A stretch of 64,000 nt of DNA, from positions 54,934,001 to 54,998,000 of the forward strand of contig NC_058368.1 in the NCBI RefSeq assembly GCF_018350175.1, read 5' to 3'. The stretch is from Felis catus. Its lineage: Eukaryota. Of the stretch, positions 26,250-40,236 are shown piece after piece; the stretch's first letter is position 1, and each line of letters starts with the position of its first letter. A model generated the notes under the pieces. The model worked only from the letters and a program-made list of their open reading frames with translations. It searched no databases and was not told where the DNA came from. The position numbers and the translations under genes were made by a program.

Positions 26250-27660
26250 ACTCTAATGAGATATAATTCACACACCACCCAATTCACTCATTTAAAGTAC
26301 ACAATTTAATGTTTTTTACTATGCTCACAGATATGTGCAACCATCACCACAGTAAAATTTAGAATATTTTCATCACCTCAAAAACATACCCTGTACAAAT
26401 AAGCCATCAGCCTCTTATCTGTCTTCCTCATCTCCAGCTCCAAGAAATCATTATTCTACTTTCAGTCTCTATAGATTCCTTTTTCTGGACTTTTATTGGA
26501 ATAGAATTATATAATATATAGACTTTACTTGAATGGCCTCTTTCATAATGATTTTGAGATTTATATAACTTATAGCCTTTATCGATACTTCATTCCTTTT
26601 TAGGGTTGGATAATATTCCATTTTATGAATATACACACTTGTTTATCCATCTGTCCATTGATGGATATTTGCATTGTTTCCACCATTTGGAAATTATCAG
26701 TAATGCTGCTATAAACATTCTTGTGCAAGTTTGTGTGTGTGTGTGTGTCATGCATATGTTTTCATTTCTCTTGGACATAACTAGGATAGGAATTTTGGGG
26801 AGTATATAACAACTCTGTTTAATCATTTGAGCACTGTACACACTCCTCCAAAGTGGTTGCACCATTTTCCATTCCTGTCAAGGGTGTACAACAGTTCCAG
26901 ATTTTCCCACATCCTTGTTAACACTTGTTATCTGACTTTTCATTTCAATTTCAATTTCATTCTAGCCATCATAGGGTATAGAGTTATATTTCATCGTATT
27001 TTTATATGCATTTTCCTGATGATTAATAATGTTGAGCACCTTTTCATGTACTTATCAGCCATCTGTATCCTTTCCTTGGAGAATTCTGTTCAGATCCTCT
27101 GCTCATTTTTTTTGAAATGGGTTGTCTTTGTTGTTGAGTTGTAGAAGTTCTTTATATATTCAAGATACAAGTCTCTTGTTGAATACAGGACTTGAATTTT
27201 TTTTTTCTATTCTATGGGTTGTCCTTATACTTTCTTTACTGTGTCCTTTGAGTAACACAAGTTTTAAATTTGATGAAGTCCATTTTATCTACTTTTCCCA
27301 TAGTTGTTCATGCTTTGGGGGTCATGGCTAAGAATCCTTACCAAATCAAGGTCATAAAGATGTACTCATATGTCTTCTTCTAAGAGTGTAATTTTTAACT
27401 CTTACATTTAGGTCTTTGATGAATCTGAGCGAAATTTTGTATATGGTGTTAGGTAAGGTTCCACCTTCACTCTTTGCATGTGGCTATCTACTTGATCCAT
27501 CACCATTTGTTGAAAAGCATATTCTATCCACATTAAGCAGTTCTGACACTCTTGTAGAAAATCGCTTGATAATATACATCTGGGTTTCTTTTTGGACTCT
27601 CAATTCTATTCTATTGATCTATGTGTTCATTCTTGTGCCTACACTACACTACACTTATTA
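26250..27660 (-). mobile_element. L1MB-like 3' region
   Basis: gagatataattcacacacc..., gatggatatttgcattgtttccacc; ORF 26623..26865(-) is L1-derived. Confidence 0.88.
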
Positions 27661-30054
27661 TTTTAACAAAAACATTATAATACCTTGTATTCATGGGACT
27701 CTATTGTATACACTATGAACATAACTGTATATATATACAAAATTTTATTTAATCCTTACACTAGTCTATATCAATAATATCATATATGCAAGGACTACCT
27801 GGCCTATGCCATTGCATTGCCCAATGCCTCAAGGCTTTTCGCTTAATATCTAATCTCTAAATAAAGTTGACAATGAGTTTTATCCCTAATAAATATTTTA
27901 AAAAGAGTACTACTAAACTGTGGAAACCATAATATTGGAATTATGATTGTTTCCATGCCCTTTCTTTATGAAATTCCACTCATAATTTGTTATATTAATA
28001 TTTCAATAGCCTCACGCAGAAAATGGCAAGCAACAACTATATCATGTATTTATCTCAACTGGTAAACATGTTAAATTTGATCAATTTAAATTTTTATTGC
28101 AGACGCCTTATTTCAAGTGATAAATCTTAGTCTTCTGCGAATATCAAGGCCTCGGAAGCACACATAAACTAATTTAATAATGGTTATGTAACTGATAATT
28201 TTTATTTCTTGCTTTTTTTTATGCTATACTAAATTATGTAACAAATGTTTACAATGCCCTTGAATTATAATACCAATTTTTTGCACTGAGATTTTTTTTT
28301 TGGTTTCATTGACAAAACTTCTCAATGCATAGTGATAATTAAGAATTTACATTTGAAATACAAAATACTTTAACACGATGTAAAAATGCATCTAAAGCAT
28401 AATCATTGATACATAATGGATAAGAGTTATATCTTAATTCATGTTTATTTTTATAATTCATATTGTTTTATACATACATATATGACTATACACACCCACT
28501 TCTCTGCATAAAATATATACTTTCCCATACAAACATTCTTACCTTTAAGAAATGTCCATAATCTTACCCAGGTGAATCAAAAATATACTTTGAGATTTGA
28601 GGAAGAATACCTCAAACAAAACCAGGAACACTGCCGGTAAAATAGTAATAACATTTCTCAAATCAATCATCATGTATTAAGATTTTTAAATACAATTTAG
28701 AATGCCCTTTTAATTATGGGTAGCTATTTATGAGATTTTTTTTGAGAATTCCTTATACAGAAAAAGTCATTCTTGAAGTTCTATTGTTGGAAAGATATCT
28801 AGTATCTTAGTAGATGAAATTCACAACAAACACTGACCAATGATTAGTTCTCTTTTTTTTATAAATTCCAGATGGTCAGAGTAGAGAAGTATTTTTCTTA
28901 AGTTGATGAGCCACATATGCAAATTATACATTCCTGGTAGTTGGGTGGTGGTGGTTTTAAATGGATTATTCTTCTATTTATTCACTTTGTTGTATTTCCC
29001 TTTCAATAAATTTTCTAAGGCATATCAAGATTTTTAATGATCATCTATCCAGTTAGTATTGAGCTTTAAACTAAAGTTTTCAGAGGAAAACTATGAAGAA
29101 ATAGTATGCATCCAGATTAAGTAGAAATAATAACTAAATAATATAAGGATTAATTTTCCTTGTGACAAATGCATCTTGCTTCATATTTAAATTCACATCC
29201 ATATGATCTTTCTCTACTTTATGCCTTATTGCTTGATGGTCATAAATATAATGGACATTTAAATTTATTATTTTTAAATCAATTCATCATAATTTAGAAA
29301 GATTTTCAAAACATTTCATACATTATGTTTCACTTGAAACACAAAAAAATGAGGTTACTTTCCTGTCTTTATTTTGTATTTAATTACCACAGAAAAAACT
29401 TTCAATGTGAAATATACTTAATATCCAATTTTGAAAATATATTTGCTGAATTAAATCAGTCATATGGGGAAATAAAAAGTATATAAAACTATACAGATTA
29501 CACTTATGTGTTGTGGGATCCAAACACGACATACTTACTGATTTCTGTTGTAAGTCTACCCTTTCAAAGTTCAAGTTTAAGAAGACCAATACTCCTCAGA
29601 TCTCTTATAAAATATTAATTACTAATTTCAGTTGAAGTGGGCAAATACTTTCTAATATTAGGGATTTGTATTTCTGGCCCCCTGTTAATAATCAAAATGC
29701 TGAACTTGGTTTAACACTACTACTTTCCTTTAGCCCAGCTACAGTGAGTGTGGTAAGGAGAGTATTAGGTGAAAATATCACAATGGGTTCCTCTTTTATG
29801 AGCTCCACTACAGTTTCTGCTCTTCTTCCTTCTGGCCTGGGTTTTCTCAGCAGATATGGGTTGTTGGAGAGTTAAAGGACTCACACAATTACTTGCCTGA
29901 TGTTGTTAAGACCTATGTCTGCTTTCAGGATCTGGTTGTGTTTAAAGCTGATTTCTTCCTTTGTTTGGACTTTAGGAGCCTTGCAGACCTTTTCTCACAC
30001 ATACACATCACTTGAGAGTTCATTTATAGTTACCTTAAAACGGTTGGGTGTAGC

Positions 30055-30923
30055 TAATAGTGTGCTGATGCCAGCTAACATTTGCCAGCCTATTAGAGAC
30101 AGTTATTAGATCTTCAGGAATTTTTTGAGGAGTTTGCGAAACACTGTCATCACTAAAAATTTTAAATGCTATATTTACATAATTTAGAAACAAAGATAAA
30201 CATACCAAATACTTATATTTTACTATTTCGTATGTGCTAGAGGTTATTCAAGTTGCTTGTTCCTGTTTGATGGAAAAGTTATGTAGTGGGTGCTACAGCA
30301 CATCTCTTCACAAGGCAGCATTCAGTGATGTCAATTTGGTAGCTTACAGTCTAACAAAATGGGAGTACTGACACCACAGAAACCAGAAAATGATATAAAT
30401 CAGGGTTTTATTTTTTTCAGTTGTCCAGATTCAATATAGTAATGGATGAAATATTAACATAGATAAAACTGAAAAGTATGTCATGTCTATAGCTATTATT
30501 TGGCAAATAACACAAAAATTAAAGACATTTTTTTTAGTGTGTAAAAAGTATTGTAAGATGCAGCAAATAGACCATTTATGTGATTGTGGAGCAAGTGTAG
30601 TTCTGACATACATTTTCACTGTTTCTTCATCTTATTAATATAAATGAAAATATCAACAAACACATTGGAGCTATGCTATTTCATCAATTATCACCATGGT
30701 TTGGCTAATAATACTAAAGTCAAGCAAGATCAATAAAAGCATTTTATGGGAATTGACAGCTACTTGGAATTCATAATAAACAATTTGCTTATTTGTAACA
30801 ATACTTATAAAATTGGTAGTGTATATATTTTAGATCAGTAAATTCAGAATAGATTTATGTGCATATGTACAACACTATTTGTTCCCAGAGAACCAGTGGT
30901 TAAACATCACCAGCACACCACTG
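30055..30923 (+). mobile_element. MER63-like non-autonomous hAT (Blackjack group) DNA transposon
   Basis: Terminal inverted repeats taatagtgtgctg / cagcacaccactg; internal ttcaggaatttt and gagaaccagtggttaaacat match my recall of MER63. Confidence 0.8.
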
Positions 30924-31555
30924 GATATATTCCTATGCATATTCTGGCTGATGGTTTATTTGTTCCAAATCCTCTAAGAATCCATTTTCTCATGACTAAG
31001 CAAGCCCTAAGGACTTAAGACAAGAACATAATTAGTGCCAGGTCTCTGTGGCTCTGATCAATTACCCAATACACTCGATATGTACATGGGTCCTCTGCAC
31101 CAAAAAAAAAAAAATCTGAAAATGCAGATGGATGCTAATATTCCAGCAACTTCACCTTTACTGTTGTCATTAGAGACGTGAAAATGCATGTCTCTTAAGC
31201 TTTAGGTTTTTTTAAAAGTAGAAATCAGAAACTATCCCCAACAGAAAATGAATCTCATATTAAATATACCAAGTAATCCCCAGAAAGTTCCTCTCATTAA
31301 ACTTGAGACCAATATAAAACATATTACATATATTACAAGTAATTCAACCTGAAAGTAATGAGGTATGTAGTATTTTATCTTCCTAGAAACCTCCCAGTGT
31401 CATTACTAGTGACACATTGTTTTATCACTAAGGAAAAAAATAATCTACATGAACCAGGTATTGTAAATAAAGACAAGACAAGCATAGCATTAAGTTTCTA
31501 CAGAAATTGGAATACTAAAAGTCATTTATAGATGGCATATCATCAAACTACATGA

Positions 31556-31796
31556 TTTTTTTTTATTTAGGGAGACAGCACCTAAGCATGAGCAGGGGAG
31601 GAGCAGAGAGGCAGAGAGCGAGAGAGAGAGTGAGAGAGCGAGAGAGAGAGCGAGAGAGAGACGGAAAGAGAGAATCCCAAGCAGGCTCTGCGCTGACAGA
31701 ACCCAACATGGGGATCACACTCACAAACCTTGAGATCATGACCTGAGCTGAAATCAAGAGTCAGACACTCAACCAACTGAGCCACCCGGGCACCCC
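31556..31796 (-). mobile_element. CanSINE
   Basis: TSD aaactacatgattttt/aaacttcgtgattttt. Confidence 0.95.
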
Positions 31797-32071
31797 TAAA
31801 CTTCGTGATTTTTAATGTAACTTCAATCAACTGGACATTTACTATGTTCCACATACTATACTAGTGCATCAATTCTATAAAGAATCATCATTATTTTGAT
31901 ATGTAGATTGTGGGAATATATAAACAAATACACACAAGTGAGCACACATATGCACATGGACAGAAAATGTTTAAAGATCTCATAATACGTAAGAGTAGGA
32001 ACGACGACTTGACCCCAATTTTGTCAAGTTTTACCTGAATAAGGATTAGAGTTTAAAAATGCGAATACATG

Positions 32072-32455
32072 GCAATGAGAAAGAATGAAATATGGCCCTT
32101 TGTAGCAACATGGATGGAACTGGAGAGTGTGATGCTAAGTAAAATAAGCCATACAGAGAAAGACAGATACCATATGTTTTCACTCTTATGTGGATCCTGA
32201 GAAACTTAACAGAAACCCATGGGGGAGGGGAAGGAAAAAAAAAAAGGTTACAGTGGAAGAAAGCAAAAGCATAAGAGATTCTTAAAAACTGAGAACAAAC
32301 TGAGGGTTGATGAGGGGTGGGAGGGTGGGGAGGGTGGGTGATGGGTATTGAGGAGGGCACCTTTTGGGATGAGCACTGGGTGTTGTATGGAAACCAATTT
32401 AACAATAAACTTCATATATTGAAAAAATAAATAAATAAATAAATAAATAAAAAAT
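32072..32455 (+). mobile_element. Young 5'-truncated felid L1 (L1_Fc-like) 3' end
   Basis: G-rich 3'UTR tract, (TAAA)n tail, TSD taaaaatg-c/t-gaatacatg. Confidence 0.95.
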
Positions 32456-32586
32456 AAAAATGTGAATACATGTAAACATCTAAAAATGAAACAGCAATGT
32501 AAATCTGAAGTAGAGTATTTCATGAAAGTGACTCCAAATTTCATCTCCATTGAATTTTCTATCCAGAGAAGATATGTAGAAACGTG

Positions 32587-32589
<3 letters not shown>

Positions 32590-32638
<49 letters not shown>
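32590..32638. repeat. (CA)n microsatellite
   Basis: Directly visible perfect run. Confidence 0.98.
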
Positions 32639-32642
<4 letters not shown>

Positions 32643-32789
32643 GAATACAGAATCTGAAGAGCTAAAAATAATCTTAAAGTGTTTTCAATTCAGTTCTCTC
32701 ATTTTACTGATTAGTAAGTGAAGCACAAAAAATCAGAATTTGGCCTTAAATCTAAATTTCAGAATCATAAATTCTGGCTCTTAGAATAT

Positions 32790-33016
32790 TTTTTCCCTTT
32801 TTTATTTGAGAAAGAGTACGCATGTACACAAGAGGAGAGGAGAGGGGCAGAGAGGGAGGGAGAGAGAGAAAGAGAAAGACAGAGAGAGAATCCCAAGCAG
32901 ACTCTATACTAAGCACAGAGACCAACAAGGGGCTCGATCCCACAACCCTGGGATCATGACCCATGCCGAATTCAAGAGTAAGATGTTCAACCAACTGAGC
33001 CACCCAGGCCTCCCCC
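32790..33016 (-). mobile_element. CanSINE (older)
   Basis: Antisense head ...ccaactgagccacccaggcctcccc. Confidence 0.93.
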
Positions 33017-34087
33017 AATATTATTTAAAGCTTAACCTAGAGCATGGCACTAATATCATGATTTTTATATCAAGTCAATATACTTTTCATTTACGTCTCA
33101 GGGAAAAAGAAACATGATATAATGACTTCTTTTTTAACTTCTTGGTAAAGCATATTTATATTTATTTCATTTTTAATATGGTATCTGGTATTATTCAAAA
33201 GTTACATAATGAAATTCAAAATCTATTCTCAAAAATGCATTTTTCTTTAAATGTATGAAACTATTACAAGTATAAGTTAGGATATTTTGTTTAAATTCTT
33301 GTTTACAAAGGGTGTTGGAGGACAAATTTACAGATTATAGTAATTCCTCTGTATCCCAACCCAAGCTAATGACTACAATTGGATAGTAAAAAAGTTGAAT
33401 TACACGACTGAGTTAGAAATAGCCACTTAGGCTTTTTAGCCTGTCTCCCTGAAAGCAGTAGAACCAATTTAATCAAACAGTGTGAAGAGAGTGACAGATG
33501 AAAAGCACATCAATCCTAGTAGGTCTGGCATGACTTGAAAGACAAAATCTATCACAATGAATTAAAAGCACAATGTAAAAGGGAAACAGACAGAAAGACT
33601 TGATTTACATGCCTGCTCTATCAGAGCAAGGATAAAGATTGCAAAAGTCATCCACTGGAAGCACAAGCTAGCTATAGAGAACGATGTCAGGCCAGCACAG
33701 CCCACAAATGACAAATCAGTAGAAACCCCACATCTAACTTTCAGCCATTAGTTGAATCATTAGACCTCAGAATGACTTGCAAAATGTTTAACATAAAGGA
33801 AAGTCTAAATATAGCACTTTAAAGTCATTACGATGTTTGGATTTTCAGAGCACTTTTAAAATTCCATTAGAAAATTGATAAATATATCATTGTAGTGTAC
33901 AAAGTAGAGAAAGAGCTAAGTATTTATGTGTTCAATTTATAACTTCTTAGCTATACTCTGAATCTGTGTCATGTTTGTAAAGGATCTCTCATTACTAGAT
34001 AGAGTGTCTTAGTTTTAAATAATAATCATACACTAAAAGTCCTGGATATAGTATAAATGGATTCTTTATCTTACCCATTAAGTCTTT

Positions 34088-35425
34088 GTTTTAAACTTTG
34101 AGGTATACTTAACATACAAGAAGTTACAATTATTTAACATATACATTTTGTTAAGTTTGGGCATTGCACAAATACATCATACCATGACCACAACAAGATA
34201 ACAAAGATATCCATCACCTTCAAAATATTTGTGTTCTCTTTGTGTGTGCGCAAAATATTTGCGCACGTGTGTGTGTGTGACACCTTAAGAATACTTTGAA
34301 TGAAATCTACATTCTTAACAATCATCAATCAACATCATTAACAAGTTTTTAACTGTACGATATTAGAGTGTTAAGTATAGACTCTATGTTGTATAGCAAA
34401 TCTCCAGAGCTTATTCATCTTTATAACTGCAGCTTTATACTCATTGAAAACCAACTTCCTATGACTCCTTCCTCTCAGCCCTTGGCAACCACCATTCTGT
34501 TCTCTACTTCTATGAGTTTATTTTACATATTCCAAAAAAGTAAAATCATGCAGAATATGTCTTTCCATGGCTTATTTCACTTCTATGACTTATTTCACTT
34601 AGCATAATGTCTTCCAGATCCAACCATGATATCCTAAATGATAGGATAGTTCTTTTTATTTATTTTTTTTTAATTTTTTTTCAACGTTTATTTATTTTTG
34701 GGACAGAGAGAGACAGAGCATGAACAGGCGAGGGGCAGAGAGAGAGGGAGACACAGAAACGGAAACAGGCTCCAGGTTCTGAGCCATCAGCCCAGAGCCC
34801 GACGCGGGGCTGGAACTCACAGACCGCGAGATCGTGACCTGGCTGAAGTCGGACGCTTAACTGACTGCGCCACCCAGGCACCCCTAGGATAGTTCTTTTT
34901 AAAAGCTGAGTAATAAAAAATAAAAATAAAAAAAATAAAAGCTGAGTAATATTTTGTTGCATGTATATACCATGTCTTCTTTATCCATACATCTGTGGAT
35001 GGACATTTGGGTTGTTTTCGTATCTTGGCTACTGTAAATAATGCTGCAATAAACAGAATCTCTTCAAAATTCAGATTTAAATTGTTTGGGATATATACCC
35101 AACAGTGAGATTGCCAGATCATATGGTAGTTCAATGTTTTATTTTTTATTTTTTGGAAACTCTATAGTATTTTCCATCCTGGCTGCATATTTTACATTCC
35201 CACTAACACTGTACAAGGGTTCAAATTTCTTCACATCCTCACCAGCACTTGTTATCAATTTTTTGGTAGCCATTCCAATTGGTGTGAGATGGTATATCAC
35301 TCTGGTTTTCACTTGCATTTATCTGATGATTAGCACTATTTCTTATATCTGCCTTGATTAAATGCCTATTTGAGTCTTTTGCATTCTTAAAATTGAATTT
35401 TTTGTTTTGTTTTACTGTTGTTGCT
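34088..35425 (-). mobile_element. L1MA-type 3' part of a 5'-inverted L1
   Basis: 3' terminus tttgaggtatacttaacatac; ORF 34817..35134(-) is L1-derived. Confidence 0.88.
34659..34884 (-). mobile_element. Young SINEC_Fc-type CanSINE within L1
   Basis: Perfect TSD taggatagttcttttta. Confidence 0.98.
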
Positions 35426-36890
35426 ATTTTTCTCAAACTCTTCAAAAAACTGAGAAAAGAACACTCCCAGACTCATTTTACAAAGTCAGCCATCATTACC
35501 CTAATACCAAAGCCAGATAAGGACACCACAAGAAATTATAGGCTAATATCCTTGATGAGTATGGATGCAAAAATCCGCAACAGAATTCTAGAACACCACG
35601 TTCAATAGCACATTAAAAGGAACCTACACTGTGATCAAGTGAGACTTACCCCTAGGATACAAGGATAGTTCAACATATGCATAATAAAACTGCTCAACAA
35701 ATTAGGTACAGAAGGGATGTATCTCATATAAAGGCCATCTGCGACAAGCCCACAGCTGAGATCCTACTCAATAGTGAAAGCTGAAAGCTTTTCCTTTAGT
35801 ATCAGGAACATGACAAGGATACCCACTATCACCAATTCTATTCAACAAAATAGTGGAAATCCTAGCTACAGCAATCAGGCAAGAAATAAAAGGATCCAAA
35901 TCAGAAATAAAGAAGTAAAACTGTCAGTATTTGCAGATGACATAATCTTATTTATAGAAGATCCTAAAGATTCTTAAAAAAAAAAAAACTTTTATAACTA
36001 ATAAATTCAGTAAAGTTGCAGGATTCAAAAATCAACATACTGAAATCAGTTGCATTTCTATGCCTTAACAACAAATGATCTCAAAAAATAAATTTAAAAA
36101 AATCCTATTTACAATAGCATCAAAAAGAATAAAATACTTCGTAGTAAACCTAACCAGGGAGGTGAAAGTTTGTACATTGAAAACACTGATGGAAGAAATT
36201 AAAGACAAATAAATGGAAAGACATTTCATGTTCATGGATTGAAAGACTTAATATTGTTAAAATGTCCATGCTGCCCGAATCAATCTACATATTCTAGGCT
36301 ATTTGCATCAAAATTCTAATAATTATTGTTTTTAACAGATATAGAAGAAAATAAATCTTAAAAGTCACATATAACAACAAAAGCTTCAAAAGAGCCAAAG
36401 TATCTTGAGAAAGAAGAACAAAGATGAAGGCATTATACTTTCTGATTTCAAAATATATCACAAAGCTATAGTAATAAAAACAGTACTGTACTAATATAAA
36501 GAGAGATATATAGACCAATAAACAGAAGGCCCAGAAATAAACCTATACATACAGAGAAAACTGATCTTTGATAAAGATGCCAAGAATACACAACGGGGAA
36601 AGAACGGTCACTTGGAGAAATGGTATTAGAACACTGGATTTTGAAATGCAAAAAGGATGAAATTGTACCCACAACTTACAACACATACAAAAATAAACTT
36701 GAAATGGATTAAAGACTTAAACTTAAGACCTTGAAAAAAAATCCTGAAGAAAACATAGGGGGGAAGCTTCACAGCATTGGTCTTGGCAATGATTTCATGG
36801 ATGAGATACCAAAAACACTGGGAACAAAAGCAAAAATACACATGTGGGAAGGCATTGAATAAAAAGCTTCTGCACAGCCAAGAAAATAAT
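35426..36890 (+). mobile_element. L1 ORF2 reverse-transcriptase region (inverted 5' part of the same L1), frameshifted
   Basis: ORF peptides ITLIPKPDKDTT..NYRLISLMSMDAKI and KLSVFADDIILFIEDPKDS. Confidence 0.92.
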
Positions 36891-39133
36891 CCCATAGTCT
36901 TTATCAACTGCACTCCATTTGTGGAGAATTTCTATTTCTAGTCTTCTCTTCCAGGCAACTATTTCTTGTGTCAGTGTCTTTCTCCTACTCTTCTAGACTT
37001 CATATCCCCACTTTTTCTTTATCTAAATTACATAGATTCATAATTTTTACTGTGGAGAATGATTCTAGTTCTTCATGTCCTGTCCTCAAAGGATAGAAAT
37101 AAAGGAAGAGAAAATATCCCAACTCTGTTTCAGACTACAACATCTGAAATGAAAACTTATTATCCTCTTGACAGTACTGGAGCTGATTAATCTGTAATTA
37201 ATTTTCTTATCGCTGAAAAACACCTGTCTATTTTTTCCCTAATTCTTAAGGCTTTTTTTTCAAGTATCCTAATTAGTTGGGCAAATAACTTGCCATGGAG
37301 GTTCTTTATTCCAGACCTGTTGATGAAATGGGTGAGATAAGGTGCTGTTCTGCCAATAATGTGATATTACTTAAGTGTGGGAGATCTTTCCATGTATGTG
37401 CTTTTTATATTTCCTGAATTTCCAAGTTAAATATTTGAGTATATACACACAGATATACTGGGCAAGAAGAGACAGTTGTCTTTTGTAAGATATGCATGAT
37501 GGATCTAATTTCTTAACGTTATGTTTGTCACTCTATTGTTACCATAAGTGAATAAATAAAATATATGAAAGAATAGGCTTTTGCAAATAAATTTTGGTAT
37601 TATATAAATTATAATGAACAATAAACTAACAATAGTTTCTAGGTTTTCTAAGGACCTTCAGAATTGTTAGTTATTTCATAGGAAGTTAATTATGCAGAGT
37701 TGATTTTCTTAAAGACAGAATGAAGAGTCAGAATGCAATACTTTACTACTGAAGAAGGATCAAGCTGAGAGATTTAGTTTAAAAACAAAACCTTACTTTT
37801 GAAAAGAAACTCTCATAAAGCTGTAAAATGTAGGCTAAAATTTCTTTGACTTCAAGTGAAGAGGACTTTAGAGATAAATCGTTACGAAATAATACTTTCA
37901 AATCAATGTGAGGGGGAGAAACTCTCAAGGTTTAAGACATTCGGGTATGACTAAAGAATGAAAACTTGAAAGAAATACCTTTAGCATAGTTTTCTCACTG
38001 TATAATTTTAAATCTTTGCAACATTTATATTTGAAATTTTACTTCAATAAAAAAGCGTATTTCTCAACTTTAAAAGTTCAAAGATTTTAGAGAAATATGA
38101 TAGTTGATATTATTTTTAGTCTCTTCAAATATTGAATAAGTCGAATTTATGATAAAGGGATTCAAATGAAATATTTTATATCTACTGAAAGCATACTCAG
38201 TATCCTCCATATTGTGTACTCAAAACTAATATATCAGTTTCTAATAAAAAGTTTACCTTTTTTTATTTTCTTGATAACTGGTATAGTTTGCAAAATGACT
38301 AGTAAACATTTAGCCCAAATAATCTAATCAATTGGTTCAGTCTTTTTTCTGCTTGGTAAGTGGTGTCATCTCTGTTTTGTGAGTCATTATGGATCTAAAA
38401 AGTCAGAATTTATGACTATTTGTCATATTCTCTCATATTCAAATGTTATTTAAAATTATCAAACCTCTCCCCCCACCCCACACAACACAACTCCTTTTAA
38501 GACAGCAACTTTTTGGAGAGGATTATACTTAAAAAGACCCTGTGAGCAGACACATAGAGGCTTCAAGAGCAAATGTTTTCTGGATATCAGAAACCTGCGC
38601 TGGAAAACCTATTAGTACCAAATTCAAACTTTAGGATTATTGTAAACGTAGATTAGGAAATACTCTTTCATATAAATATAAACATATCTTCTAATGAAAA
38701 TTCAAGACCACAGTACCAAAAATACTTAGTACTATCTCTACTGTGGTCTTTAAGCTTCATATACGAAAATGTCTTCATAAAATTGAAGTTAAGTTTCCAT
38801 GGCTAGATATAAACAACCTCATTAAACACTTAAAAGTTGGAGAAATTCTCATAAGTTTCCAGAACCACAGTCTTAAAATCAATCTCAACTATTTAAAAAG
38901 TCAGTGCAGATTTTGAAACTTTTTTTTAAACCATAAAGATAGTTGACATTATAGAAAAGTCTCCAAGGCATCAACTGTTTATAATTTGATTTAATTATTA
39001 TATGCTATCCTTGGTTTGATGTTTAGTAAAATAATTACTACAACTCTTGTCCATAAAGCAATTTTGGATGTGCTCCGCTTTTACCCAGTCCTTACTCTCT
39101 ATTTCCAAAATCCTTGTTAAAATCCACATCCTA

Positions 39134-39335
39134 GGGACACCTGGGTGGCTTAGTCAATTAAGTGTTGGTCTCTTGATTTTGGCTTAGGTCATGATCTTAG
39201 GGTTCTTGAGATCACTGTACTGACAGTGCAGAGCCTACTTGGGTTTCTCTCTCTGCCCCTCCCCCACTCACATGCATCTCTCTCTCTCTCTCTCTCAAAA
39301 ATACATTAATAAACATTTAAAAAACAACAACAAAA
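39134..39335 (+). mobile_element. CanSINE
   Basis: TSD atccacatccta. Confidence 0.94.
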
Positions 39336-39562
39336 AATATCCACATCCTATGTTCAAATCTATTTCCATGCACCTATATTACTCCATGGATTATCTTCTG
39401 GATAGTAAAACTGATTAGAATTATTTTAGCTTAGAATATATAGTGTTTATTTTATTTATTTTTTAACTTAAATTCAAATTAGTTAACATATAGTGTATTT
39501 TTGGTTTCAGGAGAATTTAGTGATTCATCACTTCAGTATACTGCTCATCCCAACAAGTGCCC

Positions 39563-39778
39563 TTTTTTTTTTTAACGTTTATTTATTTTTGAGACAGAGA
39601 GAGAGACAGAGCATGAACGGGGGAGGGTCGGAGAGAGAGGGAGACACAGAATCTGAAACAGGCTCCAGGCTCTGACCCATCAGCACAGAGCCCGACGCGG
39701 GGCTTGAACTCACGGACCGCGAGATCATGACCTGAGCCGAAGTCGGACGCTCAACCGACTGAGCCACCCAGGCGCCCC
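39563..39778 (-). mobile_element. CanSINE within L1
   Basis: TSD caaca-a/c-gtgccctt. Confidence 0.97.
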
Positions 39779-40022
39779 AACACGTGCCCTTCTTTATGCC
39801 CATCACCCATTTAGCCCATGCCCCCACCTACCTCCCCTCCATTAACCCTCAGCTTGTTCTCTGTATTTAAGACTCTCTTATGGTTTGCCTCTCTCTCTGT
39901 TTTTATCTTATTTTTGCTTCCCTTCCCCTATGTTAATCTGTTTTGTTTCTTAAATTCCACATATGGTGAAATCAGATATTTGGCTTTCTCTGCCTTATTT
40001 CGCTTAGCATAATGCACTCAAC

Positions 40023-40236
40023 TTTTTTTTTTAATTTTTTAATGTTTATTATTTGAGTGAGAGACAGAGAGCAAGCAGGGGAGGAGTAGAGAGAGAAGGA
40101 GACACAGAATCAGAAGCAGGCTCCAGGCTCTGAGCTGCTCGCACAGAGCCTGACTTGGGGCTCACATTCACAGACTGTGAGATCATGACCTGAGCTAAAG
40201 TCGACTGCTTAACCCACTGAGCCATCCAGGCGCCCC
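40023..40236 (-). mobile_element. CanSINE within L1
   Basis: TSD cataatgcact. Confidence 0.96.

Noticed and set aside
34246..34266. Palindrome gtgcgcaaa-ata-tttgcgcac
   Set aside because: Only 9-bp arms, inside a (TG)n patch of an L1; likely a local slippage product
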